Shown here: positions 27,318-41,016 of the stretch, in pieces | Layout of the letters: each line of letters starts with the position of its first letter | How positions within the stretch are numbered: the first letter of the stretch is position 1 | Origin: Octopus vulgaris | Taxonomy: Eukaryota | NCBI GenBank assembly: GCA_951406725.2 | Contig: OX597819.1 | Location: 132,122,001-132,186,000 of the forward strand | DNA: 64,000 nt | Direction of reading: 5' to 3' | The notes under the pieces: generated by a model | The model's database searches: none | Told to the model about the DNA's origin: nothing | The model's input: only the letters and a program-made list of their open reading frames with translations | Made by a program: the position numbers and the translations under genes

Positions 27318-28011
27318 AGGAGAGATCCAGATTGATATTTTATCCTTTGCTTGCTTCAGTCATTGGACTGCAGTCATGCTGGATTACTGCTTTGAAGAAC
27401 TTTTAGTCGGACTCCAACCCAGGACTTATTTCTCTTTCCATTTCTGATACTTGTTCTGTTGGTCTGTTTTGTGAAACTGCTAATTTATGGGGGACATAAA
27501 TACACTGACACTAGTTGTTAAGTGGTGGTCACATACACACAGTCACACACACATACAGTCACTCCCCCACACACAGGCTTGTTTCAGTTTCTGTCTACCA
27601 AATCCACTCACAGACTTTGGTTGGCTTGAGGCTATAGTAGAAGACACCAGCAGTGGGACTGAACCTGGAACCACATATCTATATTTTTTGCTTTCTCTTC
27701 ATACAAATTAAGATAAATTTAAAATAATAAATTAATTTGTGCAGCAGCAGCAATAATAATTGGAGTTAATATTTTTAAGGGATCATATCATCAACGAATG
27801 TTATGGTAATGTGAATCCCCTAATTTACTGCAGTTGCTGTTTAAAGTTTAGTCATTTAACTTCATCGTTGTCCTATTAACAGGAAAATTTAAAAATTAAT
27901 TCTGAAGCGATGATGAAGCTAAATTACTTTGTGAAGTTGCCTGATATTGAAACTGTAACCTAGAGTATTATTTACATTTGACAGATATTTGTCCTCATCT
28001 TGTTTGTTGCT

Positions 28012-28057
28012 AACACAACATTTCGGCTGATATACCCTCCAGCCTTCATCAGGTGTC
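28012..28057 (-). ncRNA. Minimal type I hammerhead ribozyme motif of Penelope-like element type
   Basis: Minus strand: GACAC CUGAUGA A GGCUG-loop-CAGCC GAAA UGUU GUGUU. Stem I GACAC/GUGUU and a 5-bp stem II. Stem III palindrome ACGU appears mutated to AUGU. Confidence 0.65.
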
Positions 28058-29136
28058 TTGGGGAAATTTCGAACCTGGGTTCTCATTCCTAAGGTATTTT
28101 TCAATGTTATTATTATTATTCAGGTCACTACCTGGAATCAAACTCGGAATCTTGGGGTTAGTAGCCCATGCTCTTAACCACTACACTATATGCCCGTGGG
28201 CAATTATGGAGTGAATTTTAGAGCTTATAAATCTAATATTCTCCTATCCTTCCTTAATACTGGTTCCCATATGCTATTCAAACCTGCACTCAGTCTGCTT
28301 AGGAGGTTGTTGTGTCCTAGCATATGTGCTGCTTCTTATTTTCCAGTGGTGTTCTCGTATTTTCCAGTGGTGTTCTCTGTCTATTATTTTAACTTCATTC
28401 CACAGGGGCAGGTGGTCTCCATTTTTATATAGAACTGTGTAATCTAGTGCTACACAAAATGGATGGCACTTGGTGGTGGGTGGGGTTGGGGGAAAATTGC
28501 ACATCGGTGTGGTGGGTGGGGAGAGGGACAGACTTTGTTTTTCCGTCTTAAACTTTGAATATATATTTGGATTTTGTTGTTCATAATCACAATGGCAGTA
28601 ATTATAAACTTGAAAGTATGTAAACAAAGCCAAATGTGTGTGTGTGTGTGTGTATATGTATATATATATATATATATGATACATGCAAGGAAATTATAAG
28701 CCATAAATTAAAGTATATTTTGGCATTAGAAAAGGGCACCCAGCCATAGACACCATGCCACAACAGACAGTCTGGGCCCCTTCCTGGCTGGCCAGCTTCT
28801 GTCAAACTGTCCAACCTATTCCGATGTTAAACAACAATAATAATGATGATGATGTTGAGTTTAAAAGATATTGTCCAAATTTGTGGGCATTTCCATACAT
28901 GTACCTGTAGCATCAGCTAATATCTTGACTTTGTGTGTTCATATACGTGTAAATGTACCTGGTTGAACATAGTTGATTCTAGCTGTGAGGAGGGTGGGTG
29001 TGCTCATTTGTTAAATGTCATAATCTGTGTCTAACCAGGTGTGTAAACTGATCCATGAGCAGTGAATTCAAGATGTATGAACACCTCCAACTATAAATTG
29101 GAATATACAACTATAAATTTCAACTGGTAGCTACAG

Positions 29137-29197
<61 letters not shown>

Positions 29198-29199
29198 AT

Positions 29200-29450
29200 G
29201 TAAAAAAATACAAACTGTGACAAGAACGCAAAACATTTAGAGGACGATACAAAAAACACGGACAGGACATTCGAAGCCTTCAATCTTCAGTCAAGAACCA
29301 GATCGTCCTCGCAATTTTGGCTGATTAATCTTGAGATTGCTCCGACCTGGCCAGCCCCAAGGCTTCGAAGGCTTCGAATGTCCCGTCCGTGTTTTTTGCA
29401 TCGTCCTCTAAATGTTTTGCGTTCTTGTCCCAGTTTGTATTTTTCTACAT
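29200..29450. repeat. Inverted repeat with about 80-bp arms inserted in a (TA)n tract
   Basis: aaaaatacaaactgtgacaagaacgcaaaacatttagaggacgat...cattcgaagccttc pairs with gaaggcttcgaatgtcc...atcgtcctctaaatgttttgcgttcttgtcccagtttgtattttt. Confidence 0.85.
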
Positions 29451-29499
29451 ATACATATATATATAGCGGCACCCGTACCCTTTTTGGTCTTGGATGTAA

Positions 29500-29541
<42 letters not shown>

Positions 29542-31449
29542 AGGTGGGGAAAAAAAGGATATGTGCTCCTTTTAGATGAAGCCATGGGAATATGAGTCAG
29601 GTCAAGAGGGATAGCACTCTTGTGGTAAGAAGGAGATTTAGCGATCTAAAAAGTTGAGCTATTTCCTGCGTCAAATTATATTTTCTGATTATTATTTACT
29701 GAAAACCACTTTGGGATGTACATTTTGAAAATCAAATCTGTTTTTTTTTTCCCCTCAAGGAAACAGTTTCAGATATTTTGTTGGGTATACACACATACAT
29801 ACATATATACACTCCTACTTTACAGAAACACACACACACACACACTCACACACACACATATAGTGTGATCGTTGCCAGAGTGACTAACTGGCTTCCGTGT
29901 CGGTGGCACGTAAAAGGGCACTATTCGAGTGTGATCGTTACCAACATCGCCTTACTGGCACCTGTGCCGGTGGCATATGTAAAATGATTTGAGCGAGGTC
30001 ATTGCCAGTACCGCCTGACTGGCCCCCGTACCAGTGGCACATAAAAAGCACCCACTATACTCTCAGAGTGGTTGGCGTTAGGAAGGGCATCCAGCTGTAG
30101 AAACTCTGCCAGATTAAGATTGGAGCCTGGTGCAGCCATCTGGTTCACCAGCCCACAGTCAAATCGCCCAACCCATGCTAGCATGGAAAGAGGACGTTAA
30201 ATGATGATGATGATGATACTTTGTGTTTGTACTCCACTTCTTGACAACTGGTGACAGTGTAATTTGTGTCCCTGTGACTTAGCAGTTCAGCAAAATAGAA
30301 TAAGTACCAGGCTTTAAAAAAAAAAAAGTACTGGGGTTGATTTGTTTCACTTAAGAGATTCTTGAAGGCGGTGCCACAGCATGGCCACAGTCTAATGTCT
30401 GAGACAAGTAAAAGAGAAATATTCTTAGAGATAAAATGTGAAATTTCATTTCTGTTGGATTCTCTTCCTTTCTCATTTGGCCGGCAATTACTGCAAGTTT
30501 TCCTCTAATTTATTTCCTTTTCTCGTTTATAAATTTATTCTTCATAGGTTTATCATTAATTACTGTGATATATTAATGAGTAACAGTTTCTAATTGGAAA
30601 AAAGCAAAACACAAGCCCAGTGTTTCTAAACAGAACATTTGTTTCTCCTCAAGTCTCTGTAGTAAAGAGAATGATTTCATTAATTGGTTTGTTAATTAGA
30701 AGCTACCGAGAACAGAGATGGATAAAAACCAGCCATGGATTTAGATTGAGGAATTGGGATTTTATTACGAGGATTCAAGGGGTAACATGGCTGCAGCTTC
30801 ATGCGGTGGGGTGGTGGGGGAATGTGCTGCTACTGTTGTTCATTTTCTTTCGGAATAAATCTGATTGCAGAGTGATTTAATTTCGCCAGCTTTATGGAAT
30901 GAGCTTGAATTTATTAAGCTGTCCTTCTTCTCTACACCAGCATGGGTTGGATTGTTTACCAGGAGCCACATAAGGATATATTGTCTGTTTTGGCATGGTT
31001 TCTATGGCTGGGGGCCCATCCCAATGCCAACCACATCACAGAGTGTTCTGGCTTTTTTTCTTGTGTGGTGCCAGCATCCACAGTCACCCAACAGTGGTGA
31101 GTGTAATTCCTCATTGTATTAGTGTGTAATTCCAGTGGTTGTGTGTGTTTGATATGGTGGGGGTAGTTCTTTATAAGCATTTAGGGATTTGATGAAATCT
31201 TCATCCCCTACAGATGTCACCCCTACCACTTGTATTCACCTTCCTCTGTCTTGAGGCCATGTCCTGACACATCACCACCACCACCTGCTTTCTTTTCCAA
31301 CTGGGGTAACTGTGTGTCTCTCCCTTCCACCATGATACTCACTCCTGTTCCCCAATCATACTCGAATCTCTCACCTCTTGATGCAAAGTCATCTCAATTC
31401 TACTACTACTACTACTCCTTTTCTCAGTTGAGCAATTTTGTCTTGCAAG

Positions 31450-31714
31450 CAGGGTCGTGGAGTCAGAGTCAGAAACAATTAAGGGGTAGCTGGAGTCTGA
31501 GTCAGTAAAACTATACCGACTCTGACTCCGACTCACAATGCCTTTATTCTTTAATATAAACCAGTTATAACATATAGGCCTACTCAGAGTATGCTTTATG
31601 AGATGTGTAGACCACAATCACTTGATTACATAAAGAGGAGTCGGAGTTGGAGGTGCCAATAGTAGAGGAGTCAGAATCGGAGTCTAAGTTGTTTGTTTTG
31701 ACTCCAGAGCCTTG
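31450..31714. mobile_element. hAT-like MITE with GGAGTC/GACTCC subterminal repeats
   Basis: Ends CAGGGTCGTGGAGTC ... GACTCCAGAGCCTTG with multiple internal GAGTC(A/G)G motifs. Confidence 0.55.
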
Positions 31715-32491
31715 CTGATCCCGCTGGTGCTGGTACCCTCATAATTAAGGAGGGCATCCAACCTAGAAACCATGCCAAAGCAGACATTGGCGCATCATTC
31801 AGGCCAGTGACTCAATAGCTCGTGTCAGATCCATCCATGCCAGCATAGAAAAGGGGATGTTAAATGATGATGATGAATGGCATCAATATTACCATTCCAG
31901 TAACAGTGTATGGAGAGAATGAATGGATGCCAGGCGGCAACTGTAATCCTCATGGCATTCCCCCATCTCCCTTTCCCAATAGAATTTTGTTTCTAATGAA
32001 ATATGTCTCACTAAAATAAAGTTTCTAAACATCAGAATTTCAGGAAAATCTTTAATACCAAAACATTGTTATTCAACCATTTTTTTTTTTTTTTTAGATC
32101 TGAAAAAAAAACAAAAAAAATCAGTATATCAAGAGTGGGACATATTTAAACCCTGTGCTGGTGGCACGTAAAAAGCACCATCTGAATATGATCGTTGCCA
32201 GGCCCGTCTTACTGGTTCCTGTGCTGGTGGCACGTAAAAAGCACCCACTACACTCTTGGAGTGGTTGGCATTAGGAAGGGCGGCATCCAGCTGTAGAAAC
32301 TCTGCCAGATCAAGATTGGAGCCTGGTGCAGCCACTGGCTCTCCAAACCTCAGTCAAACCATCCCACCCATGCCAGCATGGAAAACGGATGTTGATTCAT
32401 GATGATGATGATTTCTCTATCAAATGCTTATTTGTTCATATTGCTTTTAGTTAATCTTGTATTATCTCATAGCTTTGGGATTTTGTGAGTT

Positions 32492-32943
32492 ACCAGTGCC
32501 GGTGGCACGTAAGACAACCGTCCGAACGTGGCCGTTGCCAGCGCCGCCCCGACTGACCTCGTGCCGGTGGCATGTAAAAAGCACCATCCATTCGTGGCCG
32601 TTGCCAGCCCCGCCCCGACTGGCCTCGTGCTGGTGGCACGTAAAAAGCACCATCCGTTCGTGGCCGTTGCCAGCCTCGCCTGGCCCCCATGCTGGTGGAA
32701 CATAAAAAGCACCATCCGATCGTGGCCGTTTGCCAGACTCGTCTGGCACTTGTGCCGGTGGCACGTAAAAAGCACCCACTACACTCTCGGAGTGGTTGGC
32801 GTTAGGAAGGGCATCCAGCCGTAGAAACATTGCCAGATCAAACTGGGTCTGGTGCAGCCTTCTGGCTTCCCAGACCCCAGTTGAACTGTCCAACCCATGC
32901 TAGCATGGAAAGCGGACGCTAAACAATGATGATGATGATGATG
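32492..32943 (+). mobile_element. Retroposon family 4 with (GAT)n tail and internal tandem repeats of about 54 bp
   Basis: Five GTG(C)CGGTGGCACGTAAAAAGCACC units, then ...ccaacccatgctagcatggaaagcggacg..aaac(GAT)n. Same-strand copies at about 7660-7948, 29865-30217, 32150-32411 and 57195-57232. Opposite-strand copies at about 4538-4890, 9078-9330, 33965-34020, 51255-51304 and 63240-63445. Confidence 0.8.
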
Positions 32944-34339
32944 TTGAATTTTAGAATGGTATTGTAAACAACGTGTGAGAGGCTGGATCTGGCTGCTTTG
33001 AACATAAAGCAGAAATATTTGGGCCAAATATGGGCGGCTGAAATGCTAAAGAGTTAAATTTTAGTCCTGATTTCCAAAGTTGTTCCTGAATGTCAATTAT
33101 AAAGTGTGATTGTTGTGAGACAGAAAGGTGGGGGGGGGGGAGGGGGGTGGCAGGTTTGTGTTATAAAGACTTTTGTCTCATCATGTGTTTTTTAGAGAAG
33201 CCATTCTTTCATTCCACGCTTCTCATTAAAGCTTTATGAGGTCATTGCCATTTTAGATAATAAAAGCCAAAGAAGAAAAAAAGAAAAAAAAAACATTCTC
33301 TCCTATTTTCTCCCTGTCATGGGACCCAAATGATACAGTTCCTGTTTTTATTGAAATATTGATGGATGGAAGCTTTTTATCTGTGAATGATATAATGTCA
33401 TTCAACACTCTTCTTTATTGTTATTGTTCAAATCCATTGTAGCTCCTGCTTGCATAGAAAGTCTGTTTAACTAAACAATTATTCTATTTAGAATAAGCAA
33501 AGACAAATTAGAGAATTATATATGTGCTTCAAATATGTGTGTGTATGGGATTTGGTAAACAATCACAGTATGCCGTTCTTTATAAATGAAAGATAAGGCA
33601 ATATTTAGATATTAAAATTCTAGTTCTACATTTTGTTTCCCACGGACTTTAATATAACCTTTTCGATTATTAAGCAAAGATAATCCAGTAGATTGCTGGC
33701 TGCTGATCTTAAAGTTCACCTTCAGTTCTATTGTAAATGCTGCATTTTATCTTTGAGCAAGATATTTCACTCTCCCAGTGGCACGGTCCACCTAAGTGTA
33801 ATTAGATACAAAACACATCAGTTGGAGTACAGTTCCGTCAGTTTGCAGTCGCTAGTTGGAATACTGCTGTGTCTGTAGCTAGGAGGCTATTCAGACATTC
33901 CGTTCTCAAGTTTTCAAATAATGCGTCCACAAGGTATTTATTTAACCTGTTTTTCTTTTCTTTTTCATCATCATCATCATCGTTTAACGTCCGTTTTCCA
34001 TGCTAGCATGGGTTGGACGGCTTTTGTTTCTAATTAATTGGCTACAGTCATTATCATTACTCATTTTAAACGTCGACCCTTCCAGGCTTGCATAGGTCAG
34101 ATGAAGTTTAGTGAGGCTGGTTCTTCTTCTTTTTTGGTCTTCTTTCGCATCCAGATCTCCTCCCTGTCACTGACCCATACTTGTTCCAAACAAGGTGGTA
34201 TTTCCCCATGGCCAGACAGGAATATTGGAAATGAATTGTATTTATTTACAACACTCAGGTGTTGTGAAGACAAGGAGATGTAAACGTGAACACACACCTG
34301 GTGGAATAGGATATGGTCTAGTCACCTGAACAGTTAATC

Positions 34340-35430
34340 AGGTTATTCAGGAAAGGTGTGATCCCTAATGATTGGAGCGGATTATGAAAGTTAGAGAGTT
34401 AGTTATTGTCTTATTAATTAGGAGCAGAATCAGATTAGATGGAATGCAGTCTGGCTTTGTGCTGGGGAGAAGCACGACTGACATTGTCTTTACAATCAGA
34501 CAACTGCTGGAGAATTATTTGGCCATGGGTAAAGCATTGTACTTGGCGTTTGTTGACTTAGAGAGAAAGCCTTTGACAGAGAAGTACCCTACTGTGTGAT
34601 ATGGTGGGCTCTGAGGAAGCTAGGGGTTGAAGAGTGGTGTGTGAAAGCCATATACAGAGGTTCTGCTAGTAAGGTGATAGTGATGAATTTAGTGTACAAA
34701 CAGGTGTTTATCAGGGTTTTGTTCTCAGTGCCCTCCTATTTATCGTCGTCCTCTAGGCCATAAGAGGAAATCAAGACTGGCTGCCCCTGGGAACTACTAT
34801 ATACTGATGATCTTACCCTCGTATAAGATTCTGTAACAACTAGAAAAGAAATTCCAGGTGTGGGAGCAAAACCTGGAATCGAAGGGCCTTAAGGTTAACT
34901 TAGCAAATTCCCTGGAGGCTCTTTACAGATAGAGAATAATTTTCTGCTACCTAGGGGACCTAATTAGCTGTAGGGGAGGCTGCACGGAAAGGATGGAGGA
35001 AATTTAGAGAGCTTTTACATCTGTTAGCAGCCAAAGGTCTGTCTCTTTCCGAATAAAAGGAAGATTGTATGATGTACCATGGTAGTGAGACATGGGTCCC
35101 GAATGCAGAGAACATGTGAAAGCTAGTATGCTCTGCTGGATGTGCAATATCAGTGTGCATGTGCAACGGCGTTATAGTGTACTGAGTGAAAAGCTGGGTG
35201 TAAGAATCAGATGCGGTGTGCAAGAGAGAAGACTGCACTGGTTTGGTCATGTGATGATTATGGATGTAGACAGTTGCATACAGAAGTGTTGATCACTTAA
35301 AGCCGATGGGAGACCTAGGAAGACATGAGACGAAGTACTGTGGACTGATCTCAAGGCTCTGAGCCTTACGATAGAGATGGCTAAGGGCTAAGATATCTGA
35401 CACATTGCTATATTCAAGAAGACCCCTCCA
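34340..35430 (+). mobile_element. Decayed RTE-clade LINE, reverse transcriptase and 3' region
   Basis: MQSGFVLGRSTTDIVFTIRQLLENY...LYLAFVDLE(K)AFD, IWWALRKLGVEEW, LLYTDDL and QERRLHWFGHV, with frameshifts and stops. Confidence 0.88.
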
Positions 35431-35450
35431 CCCTAGCAGAAATGATACCT

Positions 35451-35519
<69 letters not shown>

Positions 35520-36015
35520 TGTGTGAGAGACAAGCTTTCAGTTTTCATCTATCAAATCCTTGTCACCAGGCTTTGGTTGGCCGAGGGCTAGAGCAAGTGG
35601 TATTTGTTTAAAGTGCCCCACGGTGGGACCAAACCTGAAGCCGTGTGTTTTGGCAAACCAACTTCTCCACCACCTTGCCCTGCAGCAAGAGAGAATGTCT
35701 GTTTGAGAGACAGTCTCTGTGTTGTTGTGGTTGCTACAAGCGTATTATAGTATAAGCTCTAAAAACCATTTTGAAACTATTCAGGAGTTCCCTCCAGATA
35801 TACATCAACTTTTGGGATTGTCTTTGTGTGATTCTCTGCCCATTTTATGCCATCTTCTTTCTCTCCGTTCTTCGTCATCTCTCCACTTCTCTTCACTCTC
35901 TTCTCTCTAAATTTCCTCTTCTCCTCCCTCAACCTTTTCTCTCCATTTGTCTTTGCTCTCTCTTATTTTCTCATTCTCTCTTTCTAGTTTCCCTCCCTTC
36001 TCTACTTTGCCTCTG

Positions 36016-36059
<44 letters not shown>

Positions 36060-36452
36060 TGTGCTTCCTTTCGCCAACCCTAACTTGTTTCCTAGAAAAG
36101 TAAGATTTCTCTGTGGCAAGATATGTTTCCACCGAAGATTAGAAACGGAGGACACTGCTTGTATAACGGTGACGCTCATTTACAACTGTTACATGTCGAA
36201 ACATGGGAGACAATTGAAGACACGAGCTTATAGCGTGGTGGCTGTGTGGTTGAGAGGTTCGCTTCCCAACCATATTGTCTTGGTTTCAGTCCCATTGTAT
36301 GGCATGAGATGAGCGTCTTCTTTCATAATCATGGGCCAACCAAAACCCTTGTTAGTGGATTTGGTACACGGAAACCGAAAAAAACCCGTTGTGTGTGTAT
36401 ATACACAAATGTATGTGTGTGTATATATACACACACACACAATTGCGCGTGT

Positions 36453-36495
<43 letters not shown>

Positions 36496-36911
36496 TACAT
36501 ATATATATATTATGTATATATATATATACATACACACACACGTGTGCATGTGTAATCTTGATATCACTTGATGGTCGTAAACAAACATCACCGTCATACA
36601 AGCAACGTTTTCCGTGGGGAACCTTTCTGGTCATGGGGTGGGGGTGGGATATTCCGTTGCCTATAAACAGGTGACGGTTGGCAACAGGAATGGCATCTGG
36701 GTCAACAAATTCTGCCCGACTCCTGCAATCAGGGAAAAGTGGATGTTTAGTGAAGTTGCTTCTTCCATTCTCTGCTCACAAGAACTTAGGTTGACCCGGG
36801 GTTTGTTGCAGAAGACACTCTTGCAAGGTGTTGCATGGTGGAATCGAAATCAAGCTTACGCACACTCGTGTCCATCACATGAGGATTATTGTCTAATTTC
36901 TCTTTGTTTAA

Positions 36912-37301
36912 TCTTTATATATAAAAGAGAGGTTGTGTGTCTGTCTGTCTCCTACGATTTAGATTCCTAACTACTCCCACATTTTGCGGTGCAGTTTAAC
37001 CAAAACCGGGTATCTTATAGTCGTGATTCATATCGAGCCCTTCTGAGTATTAGCGTGAGTCTACAATAAAAAAAAAAAATTACCATCATTTTTTTCCATT
37101 TTAATGCATTTTTTCGCTATTATATAAGGGAAGTAATTCTCTAAAAATGTCTACGATGAGTCAACGATTTAAAAAAAAATCTACCATCATTTTCCCCCCA
37201 TTTTTAATGCATTTTTTGCTATTTTTTGGCTATAACTCTCTAAAAATGCTTATATAGTTATTTCCCTTACAAACCCGAGCAACGCCGGGCGATACTGCTA
37301 G
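36912..37301 (+). mobile_element. Non-autonomous Helitron
   Basis: A|TCTTTATATATAAAA 5' end, 3' hairpin CCCGAGCAACGCCGGG then CTAG|T, inserted at an AT dinucleotide with no TSD. Confidence 0.75.
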
Positions 37302-38325
37302 TATTTCATAAAATACATAATTATCATTTTTACTTATTCTTCAACATGAATAATTTCACTTCTTGTGTCTGTGTGTCTTTGTGGTTAGGGGCATTCGGCA
37401 CACGATCGCAAGGTCAAGAATTCCGATTCCTCTCCTTGAGCAAGACACTCTATTTCACATTGCCCCAGTCCACTCAGCTGGCTAAAATGAGTTTCACCTG
37501 TATTTCAAAGGGGCCAGCCGTGTCACATTCTGTGTCACTTTGAATCTCCCCAAGAACTACGTTAAGGGTACATTTGTGTCTGCGGAGTACTCAGCCATTT
37601 TCATGTTAATTACACGAGCAGGTTGTTCCGTTGATCGGATCAACTGGAAGACTCGTCGTCGTAACCGACGGAGGCCCTATTATAAGTCTTAGTTTAATAA
37701 CTCGTATGTAGGCATTAGTTTGATCTTTATGTCATTTCACTCAGGCATAATTCTACTTAGGATGCTACGACTCAGTATTCTTTGTCTCAGAATAAAGCAT
37801 CAGCCGAGTACAGAGTGTAATATGAAATGAAATTAATTGCGAAGGTCTTTGTGTGTTATATACATGGCAGGCTTCTTTCAGTTTCCGTCTGCCAAATCCA
37901 CTCACATGGCTTTGGTCGGCTCGAGGTTATAGTAGAAGAGACTTGCCCAAGGTGCCGTGCAACGGGACTGAACCCCATGTGGTTGGTAAGCAAGCTACTT
38001 ACCACACAGCCACTCTCCTGCGCCTAGTCTTCTAAAACCTGTATATACATATGTGCGGCACTATTCGTGTGGAAAGTTTTCTACAGCCGGATGCCCCTCC
38101 TGACACCAACACCCAGGAGTGGGGTAGTCCCCCCCCCTCTTTGTTAGGAGACACAAGTACTTACACATGTACACCCACGGCAGTAATTTCCGCCTACCAA
38201 ATTCAATTACAAAACTTCGGTCGGCCCGAGGCTATAGCAGAACACACTCGCCCAAGGTTCCACGCAGTGGGACTGAACCCGGAACCATGTAGCTGGGAAG
38301 TAAGTTTCCTAACCACACAGCCGCG

Positions 38326-38395
<70 letters not shown>

Positions 38396-38989
38396 GTAAT
38401 TTTGTTTCTAATGATGTCCTTATTTTATGTAATTCTTTCGCATGATCTCTTGTAAGTATATCCGATAAATCGCTCTCTCCGCATATAACGCACGCATATA
38501 CTTTAAGGAATTTGGTAAACGGAAACTGTACGAAGCGTCTGTGTTGTGGAAGGCGTAAGTACCATCGGCTCGGTAAGAGAATGGGTTTGAGCGCTAACAT
38601 CCGGCCAAGCTGGAGTTTTCTGATACTGGGCACAGTGCACCACCTTATCGTCTCTCTACACTGTCGAGACAACAGCGACACACTCCTCATTTCTAACAAT
38701 TGTAATGTGGAAGAGGTGAGAGAGTAAACCAGTTTCTCTCAGAAACTGAGTCTTTCTAAATACTCATTTCAGTCTCCATACGAAGGTCCTCGTCTATCTC
38801 TCCCGCCCCAGTCTTTCCTTCCGATTCCCTCTTCGAGAGCGGGAAACGAACGAGACAGGGGTGTAGCCGACGCCTTTAACACGAAGGGAGAATATTGCAC
38901 AAACAGAAACCCTTCCAGCAGCATTTGAAGTCCCATACCCTATAAGTATCATCTGAAGTGATTCAGACATAGAGAACCGTCTAAGTTCA

Positions 38990-39290
38990 GCTGATGTCAG
39001 GGTCAACACTTACCTGGGGATGTGGCTGCGAACCCGGGTATCGCCGCCCGCCTTGCAGAGGCGAGGAAGTTAAAACAAAGAACACAGGAGCCTGACGGCC
39101 CGCTATCAGTTTGTGCTGGTCGCCTTCGTAACCTTAGGTGCTCTGCAAGTCCGCACTACTGATTTCCTCAGCAGAATTGAGATGACTGCGGCCCATCTGA
39201 GAAATGAGTCCCGCGAGGTGGGGGTTGTTGTAGCGAATGTCTCGGGGCCATTCTCTGCGGCAATGCCATTGCAGTTATATCCGTGAGGTG
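38990..39290 (+). mobile_element. Fragment of a CRE-like non-LTR retrotransposon (restriction-like endonuclease C-terminus)
   Basis: Frameshifted plus-strand translation AANPGIAARLAEARK / HRSLTARYQFVLVAFVTLGA...DFLSRI...NESRE / AILCGNAIAV resembles the AE..K..KY..L...F.P.A.ETLG...QRGNA signature. Confidence 0.6.
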
Positions 39291-39756
39291 TGGCCAAACA
39301 CGCCATTTGTTCCTGGGATGTGCAACCCGTTACTCCCCCCTCCCATCTTCCGCTGCTTAATTTCTCTCCTTTTCTTTTTCATTTTTTTTTGGGGGGGGGG
39401 GTAGTTCTGGGCTTTTCCCCTGATAATTTGATCTTTTATAATTTTTAATGCTTTTTCCCTTTTACTTGTGAGGGAAAAAATGAAATGCTTTTTGAGAACG
39501 AAATTAAACTGGAAGGCCGTGGTCGGATTTTTTGAAAGCGAATTACTCGTCTGCCATAAGAGAAGAGAATTGAAACAAGAAGCGACCTCGACACACTCTC
39601 TTATAACTTGGTCTCTCTCTCTCTCTCTCTTCGACCAAACTTTTGCTGGTATTTCTTGTGTCCGATTTTCATCAACTGATTATAGAAATGAAGAACCCTA
39701 ATCGGATTGATGGACACCAGTGGCTGTAGACATTACATACAGATGACGTGTGTATG

Positions 39757-39790
<34 letters not shown>

Positions 39791-40004
39791 CGCGCACACA
39801 CATATGCATTAATATAGGATGATACACATGTACACGCACAAACGCACGTCCCTTAAGTTAGCGGTTGGTCAAACAAGAATGACAGAATAAGTATGAAAAA
39901 AACCCTTCAAGCAGGTGCCCCAGCATGGCCTCTATCCGATGGCTGTTCACAAGTAAAAGATATATGCGCGCATCTATCTACTATATATAAGTATGTGTGT
40001 GTGT

Positions 40005-40056
<52 letters not shown>

Positions 40057-40140
40057 TATGGGGACTTGTAGACCCACAGTATTTATTTTATAATTATATA
40101 CAGTGTGTGTGTATATATATATATATATATGTATGTGTGA

Positions 40141-40191
<51 letters not shown>

Positions 40192-40869
40192 GTACATACA
40201 AACATGTACGTATGTAGATACACCTACACGTGTGTATATGCATAATTGTACACACACACATCTATACACATTCATACATGTATACTTGTGTGTTTATCTT
40301 GTTTCAGTTATTGCACTGTGGCCATGCTGGAGCACCGCCTTAAAGGGATTTTAGTTGAACAAATCGAATCCAGGACGTAGTTCTTTTTTTTTAAAGCTTG
40401 TTACTTATTCTATCAGTCGGTCTCTAAGCTACGGGGACGTAAACAAACCAACACAGGTTCTCAAGCGGTGGTGGTGGACAAAGGCACACACACACACGAC
40501 GGGCTTCTTTCAGTTTCCACCTACGAAATGCACTCAAGGCTTTAGTCGGTTCGAGGCTATTGTTGAAAACACTTACCCTAGGTGCTACGCAGTGGGACTG
40601 AACCTGGAACCATGTGGTTGGGAAAGAATCGCAAATGTGAATCGGTAACGTAGGATGCCTTTACGGGTAGCTTTAGGTGGTTGTGTGGTCGGGAAGGGAC
40701 ACGATTGTAGTCAGGGGCCGCGCGCGTGTGTGTGTGTGTGTGTGGAGAGAGAGAGAGATGAGGAAAGGTTGGTACCCACTATCAGCTGAGAAGACGGGAA
40801 TAATAAAGTACCCTGCCTGTTCATGGTAACAATGCTCTGTCCAGAATCGAACCCGTTATCCAGCTGTAC

Positions 40870-40911
<42 letters not shown>

Positions 40912-40985
40912 GTAAATATGTGTGTGTGTACATAACACGTACATTTAATGTTATTTTATCCTGTTGGCATAGGTTGGATTCTGGC

Positions 40986-41016
<31 letters not shown>

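Noticed and set aside
32495-32775. CRISPR-like repeat-spacer appearance
   Set aside because: Eukaryotic context, spacers are related to each other, no cas genes, and the array lies inside a dispersed retroposon.
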